DNA from: Octopus vulgaris
Taxonomy: Eukaryota
Assembly: GCA_951406725.2 (NCBI GenBank)
Contig: OX597825.1
Coordinates: 53,196,001-53,260,000, forward strand
DNA length: 64,000 bases
Direction of reading: 5' to 3'
Positions 30,229 through 42,519 of this stretch are shown here, piece after piece; the stretch's first letter is position 1, and every line of letters starts with the position of its first letter. A program made the position numbers and the translations under genes. The notes under the pieces were generated by a model, which saw only the letters and a list, made by a program, of their open reading frames with translations, was not told where the DNA came from and did no database searches.

Positions 30229-30435
30229 AAAATAACGAACAATAAACACAAAAAGAACAACAATGCGAGAACGTAGTACATGTAAAGTGTTAGCCGACGC
30301 TCAGGGAAGGACACAAAGGCGCTTTTACGCTCCGAACAAAGCTCTTCTTCAGAAACAGGAGAGAGAAGAAAGTCCCAAAGAAAAGGAAGACAGGGGGATA
30401 AAAATCGCCAACAATTCACAAGTGGTTACATTTAA
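30225..30435 (-). mobile_element. Short microsatellite-embedded element with a degenerate minimal hammerhead motif
   Basis: Minus strand tttCTGAAGAAGAGCtttGTTCGGAGCGTAaaa at 30323-30355 (GAAA mutated to GGAG); layout parallels the 29652 and 58644 family. Confidence 0.55.
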
Positions 30436-30580
30436 ATATGTTTATGTATATATATATATATCTATAAATCTATATATCCTGTTTTTCTTTTGATAAATAT
30501 ACCCTATCACCTACACCACTAACTGGCATATACAGGTGCTTACAGTTATCAAGTATTGACCCTGAATTTTTTGTTATATA

Positions 30581-30953
30581 TGTGGAAGCACTCAGTCGGT
30601 TACGACGATGAGGTTTCCGGTTGATCCGATCAAACGGAACAGCCTGCTCGTGAAATTAACGTGTAAGTGGCTGAGCACTCCACAGACACGTGTACCCTTA
30701 ACGTAGTTCTCGGGGATATTCAGCGTGACACAGAGAGGGACAAGGCCGGCCCTTTGAAATACAGGCACAACAGAAACAGAAAGTAAGAGTGAGAGAAAGT
30801 TGTGGTGAAAGAGTACAGCAGGGATCACTACCATCTCTGCCGGAGCCTCGTGGAGCTTCAGGTGTTTTCGCTCAATAAACACTCACAACGCCCGGTCTGG
30901 GAATCGAAACCGCGATCCTACGACCGCGAGTCCGCTGCCCTAACCACTGGGCC

Positions 30954-30956
<3 letters not shown>
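30581..30956 (-). mobile_element. tRNA-derived SINE family B2 (same head as B1, different 3' tail)
   Basis: 30778-30956 is reverse-complementary to 29890-30063; the remainder is unrelated to the B1 tail. Confidence 0.85.
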
Positions 30957-30986
<30 letters not shown>

Positions 30987-31085
30987 AGAAAAAAGGTCGC
31001 CAGGATGCTGGAAAAAATTATTCATTATTTGTTTCTCGAACTCGTCAAATAGAATACACACACACATGTGTGTGTGTGTGGGTGG

Positions 31086-31130
<45 letters not shown>

Positions 31131-31386
31131 TATATATATTTATAGAGTGTTAGAGGTGGTGTACAGTTATTGAATATTAAGAAAAGAGGTGTTGCCAGAA
31201 TTTTGGAAGAAGAATTGTTTTAACTTAGTCATTATTGTTAGCTCTTTCCTTCGTCTTCGAACTTGTCAAATAAAATAGTGAATGTGCAAATAAACACTGT
31301 GCAAACCCGTTATTCATTTATATAAACCAGATTTTTAGTAAAGGATAGAATTGTGTTTTATTTTGGGAGGTTATGGGACAATGGAG

Positions 31387-31399
31387 ATAGATAGATAGG

Positions 31400-31430
<31 letters not shown>

Positions 31431-31431
31431 G

Positions 31432-31478
<47 letters not shown>

Positions 31479-31510
31479 GTGTATAGCTAGATAGATAGGT
31501 GGATAGATAG
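31387..31510. repeat. (GATA)n microsatellite
   Basis: Directly visible. Confidence 0.95.
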
Positions 31511-31707
31511 ACAGAAAGATAGATTGACAAATAGATAGGTAGAGAGAGGGAGGGGGAGATAGTTTTTTAAAAATTTGGAATGTTTTAACCATATATATTA
31601 TCTAGTTCAAGGATGGTGATCTCTTTTCGGATGGGGTGCGGTCATGACTGAAAGCATTTTTTTTCCTTATGGTGCCTGAAAGAAGATAAGAAGTTCTATG
31701 AAAAATG

Positions 31708-32102
31708 TGTATATTTAAAAGTCAATTTGTGTGTCTGTCTCCTACGATTTAGATTCATAACTACTCCCACATTTTGCGGTGCAGTTTAACCAAAACCGGG
31801 TATCTTATAGTCGTGATTCATATCGAGCCCTTCTGGGTATTAGCGCGCGTCTACAATGAGTCTACGATTTAAAAAAGAATTTACCATCTTTTTTTCCATT
31901 TTAATGCGTTTTTTAGCTATTATATAAGGGAAGTAACTCTCTAAAAATGTCTACAATGAGTCAACGGTTTTAAAAAATATTTACCATCAAATTTTTTCCA
32001 TTTTTAATGCATTTTTTTGCTATTTTTTGGCTATAACTCTCTAAAAATGCTTATATAATTATTTCCCTTACAAACCCCAGCAACGCCGGGCGATACTGCT
32101 AG
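31708..32102 (+). mobile_element. Non-autonomous Helitron
   Basis: 3' end ccccagcaacgccggg hairpin about 8 nt before CTAG, followed by target T; internal ~100-bp tandem duplication (gtctacaatgagtc..); the 5' end is approximate. Confidence 0.75.
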
Positions 32103-32117
32103 TTATATATATATGTT

Positions 32118-32171
<54 letters not shown>

Positions 32172-32299
32172 GTGTGTGTGTGTGTGTATGTGCAAGTGTG
32201 CGTATGTCTGCCTGTGAGTTCATGTGTTTGGAAATATCTGTCCGTCTACACTGGGTAATTTCGATGTTTTGCATCGAAAAATAAATTTAGGTTTCTTTT

Positions 32300-34440
32300 A
32301 ATTTCATGGTTTTTGCATGAACAAACATTAGTACAATATTTACAAATTAGAAAAATACGTAAAGTTTTAATATCCCAATGTTCACCTGAATATTTATAGT
32401 GATGAGTATCATGTTTCCAATATTGAGGCTAAATTTAGAATCAAACATGTAAATTCTCCGCTTTTCTTTCAAGCATTCAATTTTGGAGAGAATTTTTTGA
32501 TGAAATGCAGCTCCATTGCTTTTCGGTATTGATGGCTCGTGAAAATCTGTAAAAAGGATTGACTTAGAATTTTCTGTCGCTGCACATTTCCAGATGCTTG
32601 TTTAACGGAATCTTGCATAATATCTCTTGTTGAATACGCTGCCTGTGGATTCTTGCATGTTGGCCAAGGGAATTATTTGTCTCGCCAATGTAATTTTCTT
32701 TGCAGTTGGGGCAGGTAATGTAGTATTTGAGGTTCTGCGTTTTGCAGTTCATATCTGCGTTTATTTTGAATGATAATCCGCTCTTAAGTTTTATGTGGGA
32801 ACCACTTTCTAAGTATTTAAAGATGTTGTTGTTGTTATTGCATGGTCCACATCTCATATCTCCACATTCTTTTACTAAGAGTTCTGATTCATTTTCTGAT
32901 GTGAATTCTATTCTTGTGAGGTGTTTTTTTAATATTCTTTTGGTTGGCGTCTAGGTAAGTTCGATTTTATGGCGTGAAAGATGTTGGTTATTCCAGAACA
33001 ATGTGTGTTAAGAAACAGAATCGTAGGTTCATTATTTTTTTACTTAGGTGTCCGTAGTTGGGTGATGCTCACTTTCGTCGCTTTGTTAAACCCCTCAGTA
33101 ATTAATCCTAAAGGGTGCTTCTGCATTGTGAAGAAGCCTTTGAGCTCGTTCAGTAGGATATAACATATTTTGGAGTCAGTCACCATAGCACAGGTGCGTC
33201 TTGCCATGCTTTATGGAATGTCCCTTTTGACGTGTGATGGACGGCAAGAGTTGAAATTTAGATATTGATGAGCGTCAGTATTTTTGTAAAATATCTCTGT
33301 TGTGACTGAGGAGTTCTCTATTTTCATGTGGATATCAAGAAATGGTAATCCATTGCAACTGGATTCTGTCGTGAATTCGATGGATGGGCGAGGTGTATTC
33401 AGTATATTGTTAAAAATACTTAGGTCCTCATTTTATCTGTCCCAAAAGATAAATCAATCATGGAAGCGTTTCCACATTTTAATGATATATTTCTTCTACT
33501 CCTGATGTGCTGGATGAAATCTCTGCCATCCCGTATATAACTGGGTATTAATAGGCACAAACGTTGTAGGAGTATATCTAAGAAATCACTTAGTTGTTGT
33601 GTTGGTGCTTGAGGTACAGCAACTATTGGTCTTAGTTTGAGGTCAGCAGGCCTTAGTATTTTTATGTATTGGTTCTTCTGCTTATTTATGGCACTTTGTA
33701 TTTCGGAGAGTGTATGAATTGTGTGCAATCCGTAGGAAATTGCTCTCTTTGATTACAGAGTTGCATATATAATCTAACTCCTTGTCTGTGAAGGAATCTT
33801 GGTATCCATTGATTAGTGGTTCGGTTTATTCGTTATTGTTTTTCCTGGGTGTCCTTATCGTAGGTTTTGGCTTGTTAAAATTTCCAATATTTTATCTTTA
33901 TAGTAGTTCATGCCTATGATTACTATCGCTCCCCGCCTTACCAGCTTCTTTTAGGATGATTGAGTTGTCATTCTTTAGTGTTAGTAAGGCTTCCTTTTCT
34001 TCTTCACGAAGGTTTTGTTTGCATTTGTAGGTATTTAGGGGGAATTTTGAAATCGTGTCTAAATATTTGTCATTTCCCTTGTAGGGGGTGAGGTAGGATT
34101 TATTTCTGACTATTGATTCGTCATGTATATCCTTATTGCCAAAGAATTTTATAAGTCGGAGGTGGCGGTCGAAATGTTCAATATCAGATTTCAGTTCAAT
34201 GAGATTAGGAGTGGGTGTCGGGGTAAACTTGAAACCTTTTAATAGTAGGTACATCATATACCTGTTGAAGTATCTATTTGACGAATTTATGATCTTCGGG
34301 TGTATATGTTCACTGTGTTAATTAGAATTTTGTGTTGTGTCGGATCTTGTACGTAATTGTATTTGCTCCCTAAAAATGGAATTGTGTTACCGTATCTCCA
34401 ATTTCTGATTTCGGGGTTCTGGTTCCAATTTCAGTATATA
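32300..34440 (-). mobile_element. Degenerate Penelope-like element (RT + GIY-YIG)
   Basis: LLKGFKFTPTP..LKSDIEHFDRHLRL; EALLTLKNDNSIILKEAGKAG; LRPIVA..LSDFLDILL..IPSYIRD; LPFLDIHM; YYITCPNCKENYIGET..RIHRQ (GIY-YIG). Confidence 0.88.
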
Positions 34441-34473
34441 TACTTTTTTCTTTTCTATATACATACATATACA

Positions 34474-34581
<108 letters not shown>

Positions 34582-35922
34582 ATATATATAAATGTATAGA
34601 ATAGCCAATATTTTCTATGACAACGTAAAGGTTTGGTGGTATGTTTGTTTATCAGGTATTTAGCAGCAATCTCCTGTTCCTGGATAGCGAAAGCGTATCC
34701 TTCTAGGTGGGCTGTAATCTATCAATCGCAGATACAGAAAAGGGTACTCTTCTTGTCAAAGTAGTTGTTGTCCTCCAGCTTACGGGATATGTATCCATGC
34801 ATTGCTTTTTGATGGAATAATATCTGCTTATCTTCCAGGCTTCTATTTAGATAGGTCAGTCAATTCTCCTTTGGATCGCATGTGTTTATGCAATATATGT
34901 ATTCACGTAAGTGACACGATGAAATATTACCTGAAGTCGCAAGAAACACAATGTGGCAAGTGGCATCAAGCAGACTAAAGGATTTCTTCCGAATATTACT
35001 AAGACCAATTTCATATTATCAGTAGGTTATTTCTACACTTCTTTTAGCGATAGAAGTGGCTATCATATATATTAAACAATGTAAAAATTGGAGGGAAGTA
35101 TTATGCAAATAAATTCAAATGTAGATTCTCCCAAAATAACGGGCTGGTTACTGCTCTGAGGTCTAGTTGAAAGCAAGAAAAGAATATAGTTTATTTCAAG
35201 GTATCATAGATGTCATGAGCATGTTGATTTTATCATTAATTTTCATTTAATTAAAATGAAATTAAACAGATAATGACAATTTCAAATCCAAACAGCCATA
35301 ACGTAACATATATAGATTTTTTGTTCTCTTTATATGTTTTTAAAACTTTTGTAACAAAAAGAGCCAATATGCTGAAACAAGAATCCGTTACGAAAATCAT
35401 TACAAAAATTCGAATTCTGTGTTTATTTCTGTTAAATATTGTTTATTCAATATGAAAATAATATAAAGCAGAAATGCAAAAGATTAGCTAATCTTAGCAA
35501 ATTCCCTTGCTAACTAGATTATTGTTTAATGTGATCAAGAGATAATGAAAGAAAATAGAGCAATGCAAATAACATTCGTTTTAAAACACATCTTTTAAAA
35601 TTATTTCAGCTGTCATTAAAGAAAAATTTAATAATAACATATCGTTTCTACTTTTGCAGTTCAAGGGTCCAATGTTATCTAATTCTGTTTATTGAAACTA
35701 AAATAATAAACAGATTATAATAAAGCAATTAGAGAAATGAATTTGTTTCAATAGATGTTAGCTACCTTTCATGTGGAAAATACTATCGTTTCTGAAAAAG
35801 TTGTACTGTCAAATTGGAATGGATACTTTTACACACACACCACGCGTGCGCACAAACGCAAACGCACATTGAGAGAAAATCCATATTAACGTGAGCTTTT
35901 ATAAGTAATAAACACACACACA

Positions 35923-35969
<47 letters not shown>

Positions 35970-35980
35970 GTATGTATATA

Positions 35981-36129
35981 TAATAGAAATATTAAAATAA
36001 CTAAGTCTCTAAAAGAGACAGCGGCAGCGTTCCCGGAAAATAATAGTTATCGCCATACTAATATGGCATTCTTATAAAAATAAGGAAAAAGCTGTCCGCT
36101 TATTAGCTCCATGAGGCCATCGCCTTAAG

Positions 36130-36172
<43 letters not shown>

Positions 36173-36413
36173 TGTCGCTTCGACAATATGTCTTATTTAC
36201 CTATGGAATATATATAATAGAAATATTAAAATAACTAAGTCTCTCTAAAAGAGAACAGCGGCAGCGTTCCCGGAAAATAATAGTTATCGCCATACTAATG
36301 TGGCATTCTTATAAAAATAAGAAAAAAGCTGTCCGCTTATTAGCTCCATGAGGCCATCGCCTTAAGTTAGCTATTTGATACACAAACTGTATCCATATAA
36401 CCTTCGAACAAGG
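35981..36413. repeat. Head-to-tail near-identical duplication of a ~150-bp element (35981-36132 and 36215-36369) separated by (TA)n
   Basis: taatagaaatattaaaataactaagtctct..ccatgaggccatcgccttaagtta occurs twice; the second copy extends to 36413. Confidence 0.9.
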
Positions 36414-36423
36414 TATATATATG

Positions 36424-36458
<35 letters not shown>

Positions 36459-36484
36459 ATACGTATGTATGTAGGTATGTATAT

Positions 36485-36705
36485 GGCGGTTGTCTATTCC
36501 TTATTCAGACTTTGACTTCCTCCTGTACTTATACCTTCGAAACATGTGGCATTTTAAACCAGACAATGTTTTGAAAAGACACCCACATACATTGCATATT
36601 CAATTGAACCACCAGGAGCTGCAGATAAGTTCTGATCTTTCTGGAACTTAAAATGCCTCTTGAGGCCTCCGTTAGATTTGAAAACCAAACGTCTGGCATA
36701 CATTT
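36485..36705 (-). mobile_element. Probable RTE LINE 3' end (degenerate C2H2-like fingers plus short UTR)
   Basis: VFKSNGGLKRHF and CGCLFKTLSGLKCHM motifs in shifted frames; same strand as the RTE at 39990-41560. Confidence 0.45.
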
Positions 36706-36867
36706 CATTGAAAGGTGTGCACAGATATACAGACAGAATATGGGTTTGCAAATGAGATTTATATGCTTGTATGTATGGGTGTGTATATATATATGTGTGT
36801 GTGTGAGTGTGTGTGTGTGTGTGTATGTATATATATATATGTATGTATGTATATATATGTGTGTGTG

Positions 36868-36914
<47 letters not shown>

Positions 36915-37989
36915 GTGTATATGCGTGCGCGTGTGTGCGAGTGCGTGAATGTGTGTGCATGTTTGTGTGTGATTGTGTGTCTGTGTGTCTGTATATATAT
37001 ATTCTCGAGTGAGTGGACGAACGAAAGAAGAGCACTAGGGACGTTTCTTGCGCATTAGATATATAAATGAAAAGAGTTTGATTCAAATTCTTTGGTATTT
37101 TAAGATTTAAACTGTGTTGCTAAACCCCAGCCATTCGAAATTTGAATTAGACATCAGTTAATGAAAGTCAACTGTTTAACCGGATGGTGTGCTACGATTC
37201 GCTGAGAAAGGTCACATGCTGTTACAGAATGATGTTGGCATTTTAGCAATATCTATTACTCGGAAAATACTACATGGTGACCAAGAAATCGTTTTTTTTG
37301 GCATTGGATGAGAAGTTACACGGGATGCTGTGATGTGTAGATGTGATAATATTTACGTATATATGTGTGTGTTTGTGTAAATATCTGTGTGTGTGTGTGT
37401 TTCTATTTATGCATGTGTGTGTATGTGTGTATAGGTGTAAATGCATACATCCACATCCACTCACACACATATATGTATATGTGTGTATGCGTGTGTGTAT
37501 ATATATGCATATATATACGTATATATATATATATACATATATGTATATATGTATATATATGTACTTATTTATATGTATATATTTGTATTTGTGCGTATGT
37601 ATAAGTGTGTGCGTACGTACATGCTTACGCACGCGCATATTTGTACGGTTGTGCGCGCGTGTGTTCATACTAGCGTTTATGTTTGTGTGCATGCATACAG
37701 TATGCGGATATATATGCGCACATATGTATATTTACTGGTGTGTACATTCGTATTTATTTGTGTGCATGTGGATATGCATAGATGTAAACGCACACACATA
37801 TGCGTGTGTGTGCATGTGCGTATATATATATATATATATATATACATAAACACACACACACAAACACACGAATGAACACGCATACACATTGACAGGGAGG
37901 ACATCCACCCTCGAGCGTGTTGATATGCACGTGCGTGTGCGCATATATATATGCTTGTGTGAGTATGTACAAAATCCGGGAGTATGCAG

Positions 37990-38300
37990 GTAGTCAAGCA
38001 GAAAGAAACGTTGGTGATTAGCGACTGGTGATTGCCTGTCGTAATTGCCAGCTCTGTCTCCGCGAAAAACTGAAAATCCTCTACCAATTGGCAGTATCTA
38101 TCAACAAGAAATACGTTCTATTCTATTGCTGCCACCAGAGGTATTCCCTTCTGGTGAATTTCAAGCCAGTGGTCACAGAAAACCCAGACAATCGATCTTA
38201 GTACCAGCTGATCGCTTCCAACACCTGCACTGATGTCGATGCCATTAACTAGACCACTAGAGCAGGATCACCAAAGATCAATCCCCAACGCTTGTTCATG
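37990..38300 (+). mobile_element. Penelope-like C-terminal fragment
   Basis: RNCQLCLREKLKILY..INKKYVLFYCCH (cf. CxLCLxEKxxI..LNKRSELxxxCRH). Confidence 0.6.
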
Positions 38301-38698
38301 CCTGTCTACCCGCATACTCACACCCCTTGTACAGACCCACACGAGCATGTATATAATACACGCGTACACATATGTGCATCTGCACAGACTAGTGGACATG
38401 CAAGTGCTCAGTGTATGCGTGTGCGCGTATATGTTCATGTGTGTGTGCATATACATGTATATGTATATATGTACGCTTATATATAGATACATGCACACAT
38501 AAATATTAAGGCTCACGCCAGTATATACACATACGTAAGCGTATAAATGCGTTCACCTATGCATACATACAAATATGCAACTAGAGTCCGTATACAAGTG
38601 TGCACGCCCGTATACATATGCGCGCGTGTGTGTGTATGTATGTACACACACACTTATATGCGCACACACGTTCATACGCACACCCACTTATATATGTA

Positions 38699-38734
<36 letters not shown>

Positions 38735-39489
38735 CACACACATAAATACACACTCACACACACACATATATATATATACACATTTACATACACGCATACA
38801 AACATAAATATATGTATGTGTGTGTGAGAGACAGAGAGAGTGAGAGTTATGTATATGTATACATGTACACCTTCACACATATACACAGAAACGCAGAAAT
38901 ACAGACACACACACACACATACGTATATGATTGCACCTGTACACATGACATCGTCCCTCCTACTTCTCCTCACCCCACGCAGCCAGTTTCCTGACCACTA
39001 CACGGTCGATTTACTGTTGACCATGATTTACTGTTATTGTCGCTGAAATAACAACTTCAGACTGCGCCACCACCTGATCGTTCTCGACCAATTGCAGTAA
39101 TAGCAATTGTCTTTCTCTTCCTGATCTCTCATCCAAATATTCAACGTATGTGAATTAGCATCACACTTTGAATTTTCTCGTACTAAGGAATTTTAATCAA
39201 TCTGTTTTGACCTACATGTATTCATAGATACATGCATGCATACATACATACGTACGTGTGTGAGAGTGCGTGTGTGAGTGTGTGTGAGTGTATATATGTA
39301 TATATATATATATATTCATATATAAGTATATGTATGTATATCTATCTATATATACATATATATATATATATATACATGTATATATACATGTATATATATA
39401 TGCATCTATATATATATATGTTTATATATATATATACACACATATATATGTATATATATATACGCATATATATGTATATATTTATATAT

Positions 39490-39569
<80 letters not shown>

Positions 39570-39989
39570 CAGAGAAGGAATATGGAATGAACCAGAAAAA
39601 TTACTGCTCACAACGATGGGTGTGAAACTATACAGCTAAATGTGGTTCGTCGCTCGGTGCAGAGGCATCTCATCGGTTGATGCATTGAAGGGTATCTCGT
39701 TAAATGAACTGTTTCGCTTCGATTTAATTCAGCATCAAATTAGTGCCCGCAGTTTTAAGCTGTTGAACAGGAATATTGACAGACAGATTCGTTTGCTAAG
39801 TTGTAGATGTAGACAGGGATTAATTAAGGAAAATACGGAAAATAATTAGAACAAATATATATCATACAATAAAGTAAAACAGCTGATGTGTTAATACACA
39901 GATATAGTTATGAGTGAGTGTGTGTGTGTGTGTACATGACTATGCGTATACTCAGCTGGCAAAAATGAGTAGTGCATGTATTTCCAAAG

Positions 39990-41560
39990 GCCATCTAATT
40001 TTGTGCTCTGAATGAAGATGTTAGATTCCACATAAGGTTGGCCTGGTGGCTGGGAGAACATGATCTTTGTTTTCTTTAGACTGATGGTAAGTTCAAAAGC
40101 AACACAAGCTCTAGAGAAGAGATTCAATATAGCCTGCATATAGGCAGCGAGAACTATATCATCAGCATAAAAATGAGCTCCCGGACAAGAGTCTGGAATG
40201 TCTTCAACTTTGCATTAACGCGTTTGATATCAAAGACCTTACCTGTGATCTGAAGCGAATATAGAGGCCGATATCACAGTCTTGGAAAGCGTGCAATATA
40301 GTGAAAGCAAAATATATGGAAAAAAGTGTTGGGGTAGCAATATCACCTTGCTTAACTTCGTTATTGATGGGAATTTGTTCCGATAGCGACACCCTGAAGT
40401 TAAGACGAGCTTTCATATCACTATGAAGTTGTTTTTAACAGGTTGACAAATTGAGTTGGACATCCAGTTTACCCAGAATGGTCCAGAGAATGGTCCTATT
40501 AATAGTGTCGACAAATACCTGATAAAGAGCCAAGCGATATTCGAAGCATTTTCGTGATGTTGACGAGTAGAAAATATTGTGCTACGGCTTGATCTAAAAC
40601 ATCACTTACTCTTCGGGTGGAAAGAGGAATCATATCCACATTGTTAGCCGATGAAGTAAAAGATTTGCAAAACCCTTACCGACTATTTCATGCAGGCTTA
40701 TACCTCTGTAATATCTACACTCGGTTTTGGATCTATTTCCTTCGAACGATGAAATTATATTTACATCAACGCAGTCCTGGGGAACAGGAGCATCCAGCTA
40801 GATGCCTGATACTAGATGGTGAATATGTACAGCAAGCTTATTACCCCCTTGGAGGAGAATTTCAACAGGGATGCTGTCAAGACCTGGTACCCTCCCAGTA
40901 TTTAATCCTTCGATTGTCTTTTTGATCCCATCTATAGCATGATTTTCCATCATCGCATGAATGATATCATTTTGGGGCAGATTCCTGATGACATATTCAC
41001 CAATAACTGAAGGATTAGAAAAGAGATCAGTGAAGTGCTCACTCCAACGCTTTTTGATACCCTCATGATCCTTGAAGAGAGAGCAGCTGTCGTTAGATTT
41101 GAATGGTACCACAAATGAAGACCGTGAACCAAACACTTGTCGGATCAAGTGATATACTGTTTTCAAGTCTTTACTGTTATACATTTTCTTGTTCTTTTCA
41201 GAAATATCCGACGATCATTTGTTTTTCATTTGCCGTATCTTCCTTTAGAGTGATGATTTTATCTTGTTGAGAGACTTTAGTAAGGGCTTTTTTATCTTCA
41301 TCTGGGCCACTGAGGTATTTTTGATGCAACTTATTTTCATCTTCAAGAAGTTTATTGATCTCTAAATCGTTTTCATCAAACCAGTCCCGATGTTTTCTGT
41401 TTCTGAGACCAAGAACCTCAACTCCAACATTGTAAATAGTGGTCTTAAACTGAGCCCAAGTTCCATCAAATTCCGCTTCTCCATATAGCCTTTCTAAGAT
41501 GCTCCTGCGCTTTAGAGTCCCTTAATTTCAACACATGAATACATTTAGAGACTTTTATTC
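39990..41560 (-). mobile_element. Degenerate RTE-clade LINE (RT region)
   Basis: KKRWSEHFTDLF, LNTGRVPGLDSIPVEIL, VKQGDIATPTLFSIYF, YADD, FSRACVAFELTISLKKTKIM. Confidence 0.9.
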
Positions 41561-41617
41561 CTCCAGATCTTATATATATGTATGTATGTATACATACATA
41601 CATACATATATACATAG

Positions 41618-41685
<68 letters not shown>

Positions 41686-42486
41686 ATGTAATATATACAA
41701 GCATATCTTCTCCTATATCGGAATAAATACCGATATGTAAATACTTATGCGTGTGTAAATTGTATATAGATTAATAATTTGTTTTATGAGACGTGGCATG
41801 CTTTGCTAGCAATCTTTTGTGATATAAAATCATGTTTAGTTATATTTTGTATTGATATATGTGTTCACGAATTGCAATTACCATGTAGTACTGAAACGCT
41901 CGTAAGCAACTACTTAAATGTAGTACCATAATTCCTATTTTTCAACATATAAATGTGCGTGTATTTATGTACGTATGTATGTACCGTGAGGGTGGAATAT
42001 ACCTATATTTCATGCATTTACTCAAACACATTAACGCACACATGCACTCAAAGGCACACACGCTCACACACACATACAACACGCGTGCACACACACACAC
42101 AAACCCACACATACACATATAGTCACAATCTTTAATTAAACGTAAGTCTTTATTCTGTATCAATCTTAAATGCTCAACATGAAATAATTTCAAGCCGACC
42201 CTATTCACCACGATTCTTTTCTTCCTTATTTACTTTTTCTTCATAATAGATATTTGTTTATCACAGTTTTTGAGAAATCGCCACATTCAGTGACGAGATA
42301 TCAGTCTAGTGCATATACGTGAGTGTGTGTGGGTGCCTGTGGATGTTGCGTACGTGTATGTATGCATGGGTGTCTGTATGTACGCATATAGATATACGCC
42401 ATCTCGCGCACACACGCATAAGTATGAGATCATTAAGTGCTGCATAAGGAATTCTTCAGCACTTTACCTAATCTCAACTTGTATGG

Positions 42487-42519
<33 letters not shown>

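Noticed and set aside
32255-32280. tttcgatg-ttttg-catcgaaa hairpin at the 3' side of a Penelope relic as a hammerhead
   Set aside because: Stem II and GAAA are present but there is no CTGAnGA core or stem I.
36540-36700. C2H2 zinc-finger-like motifs suggesting a host ZNF gene
   Set aside because: Frameshifted, no TGEKP linkers, only two partial fingers; better explained as an RTE LINE C-terminus.
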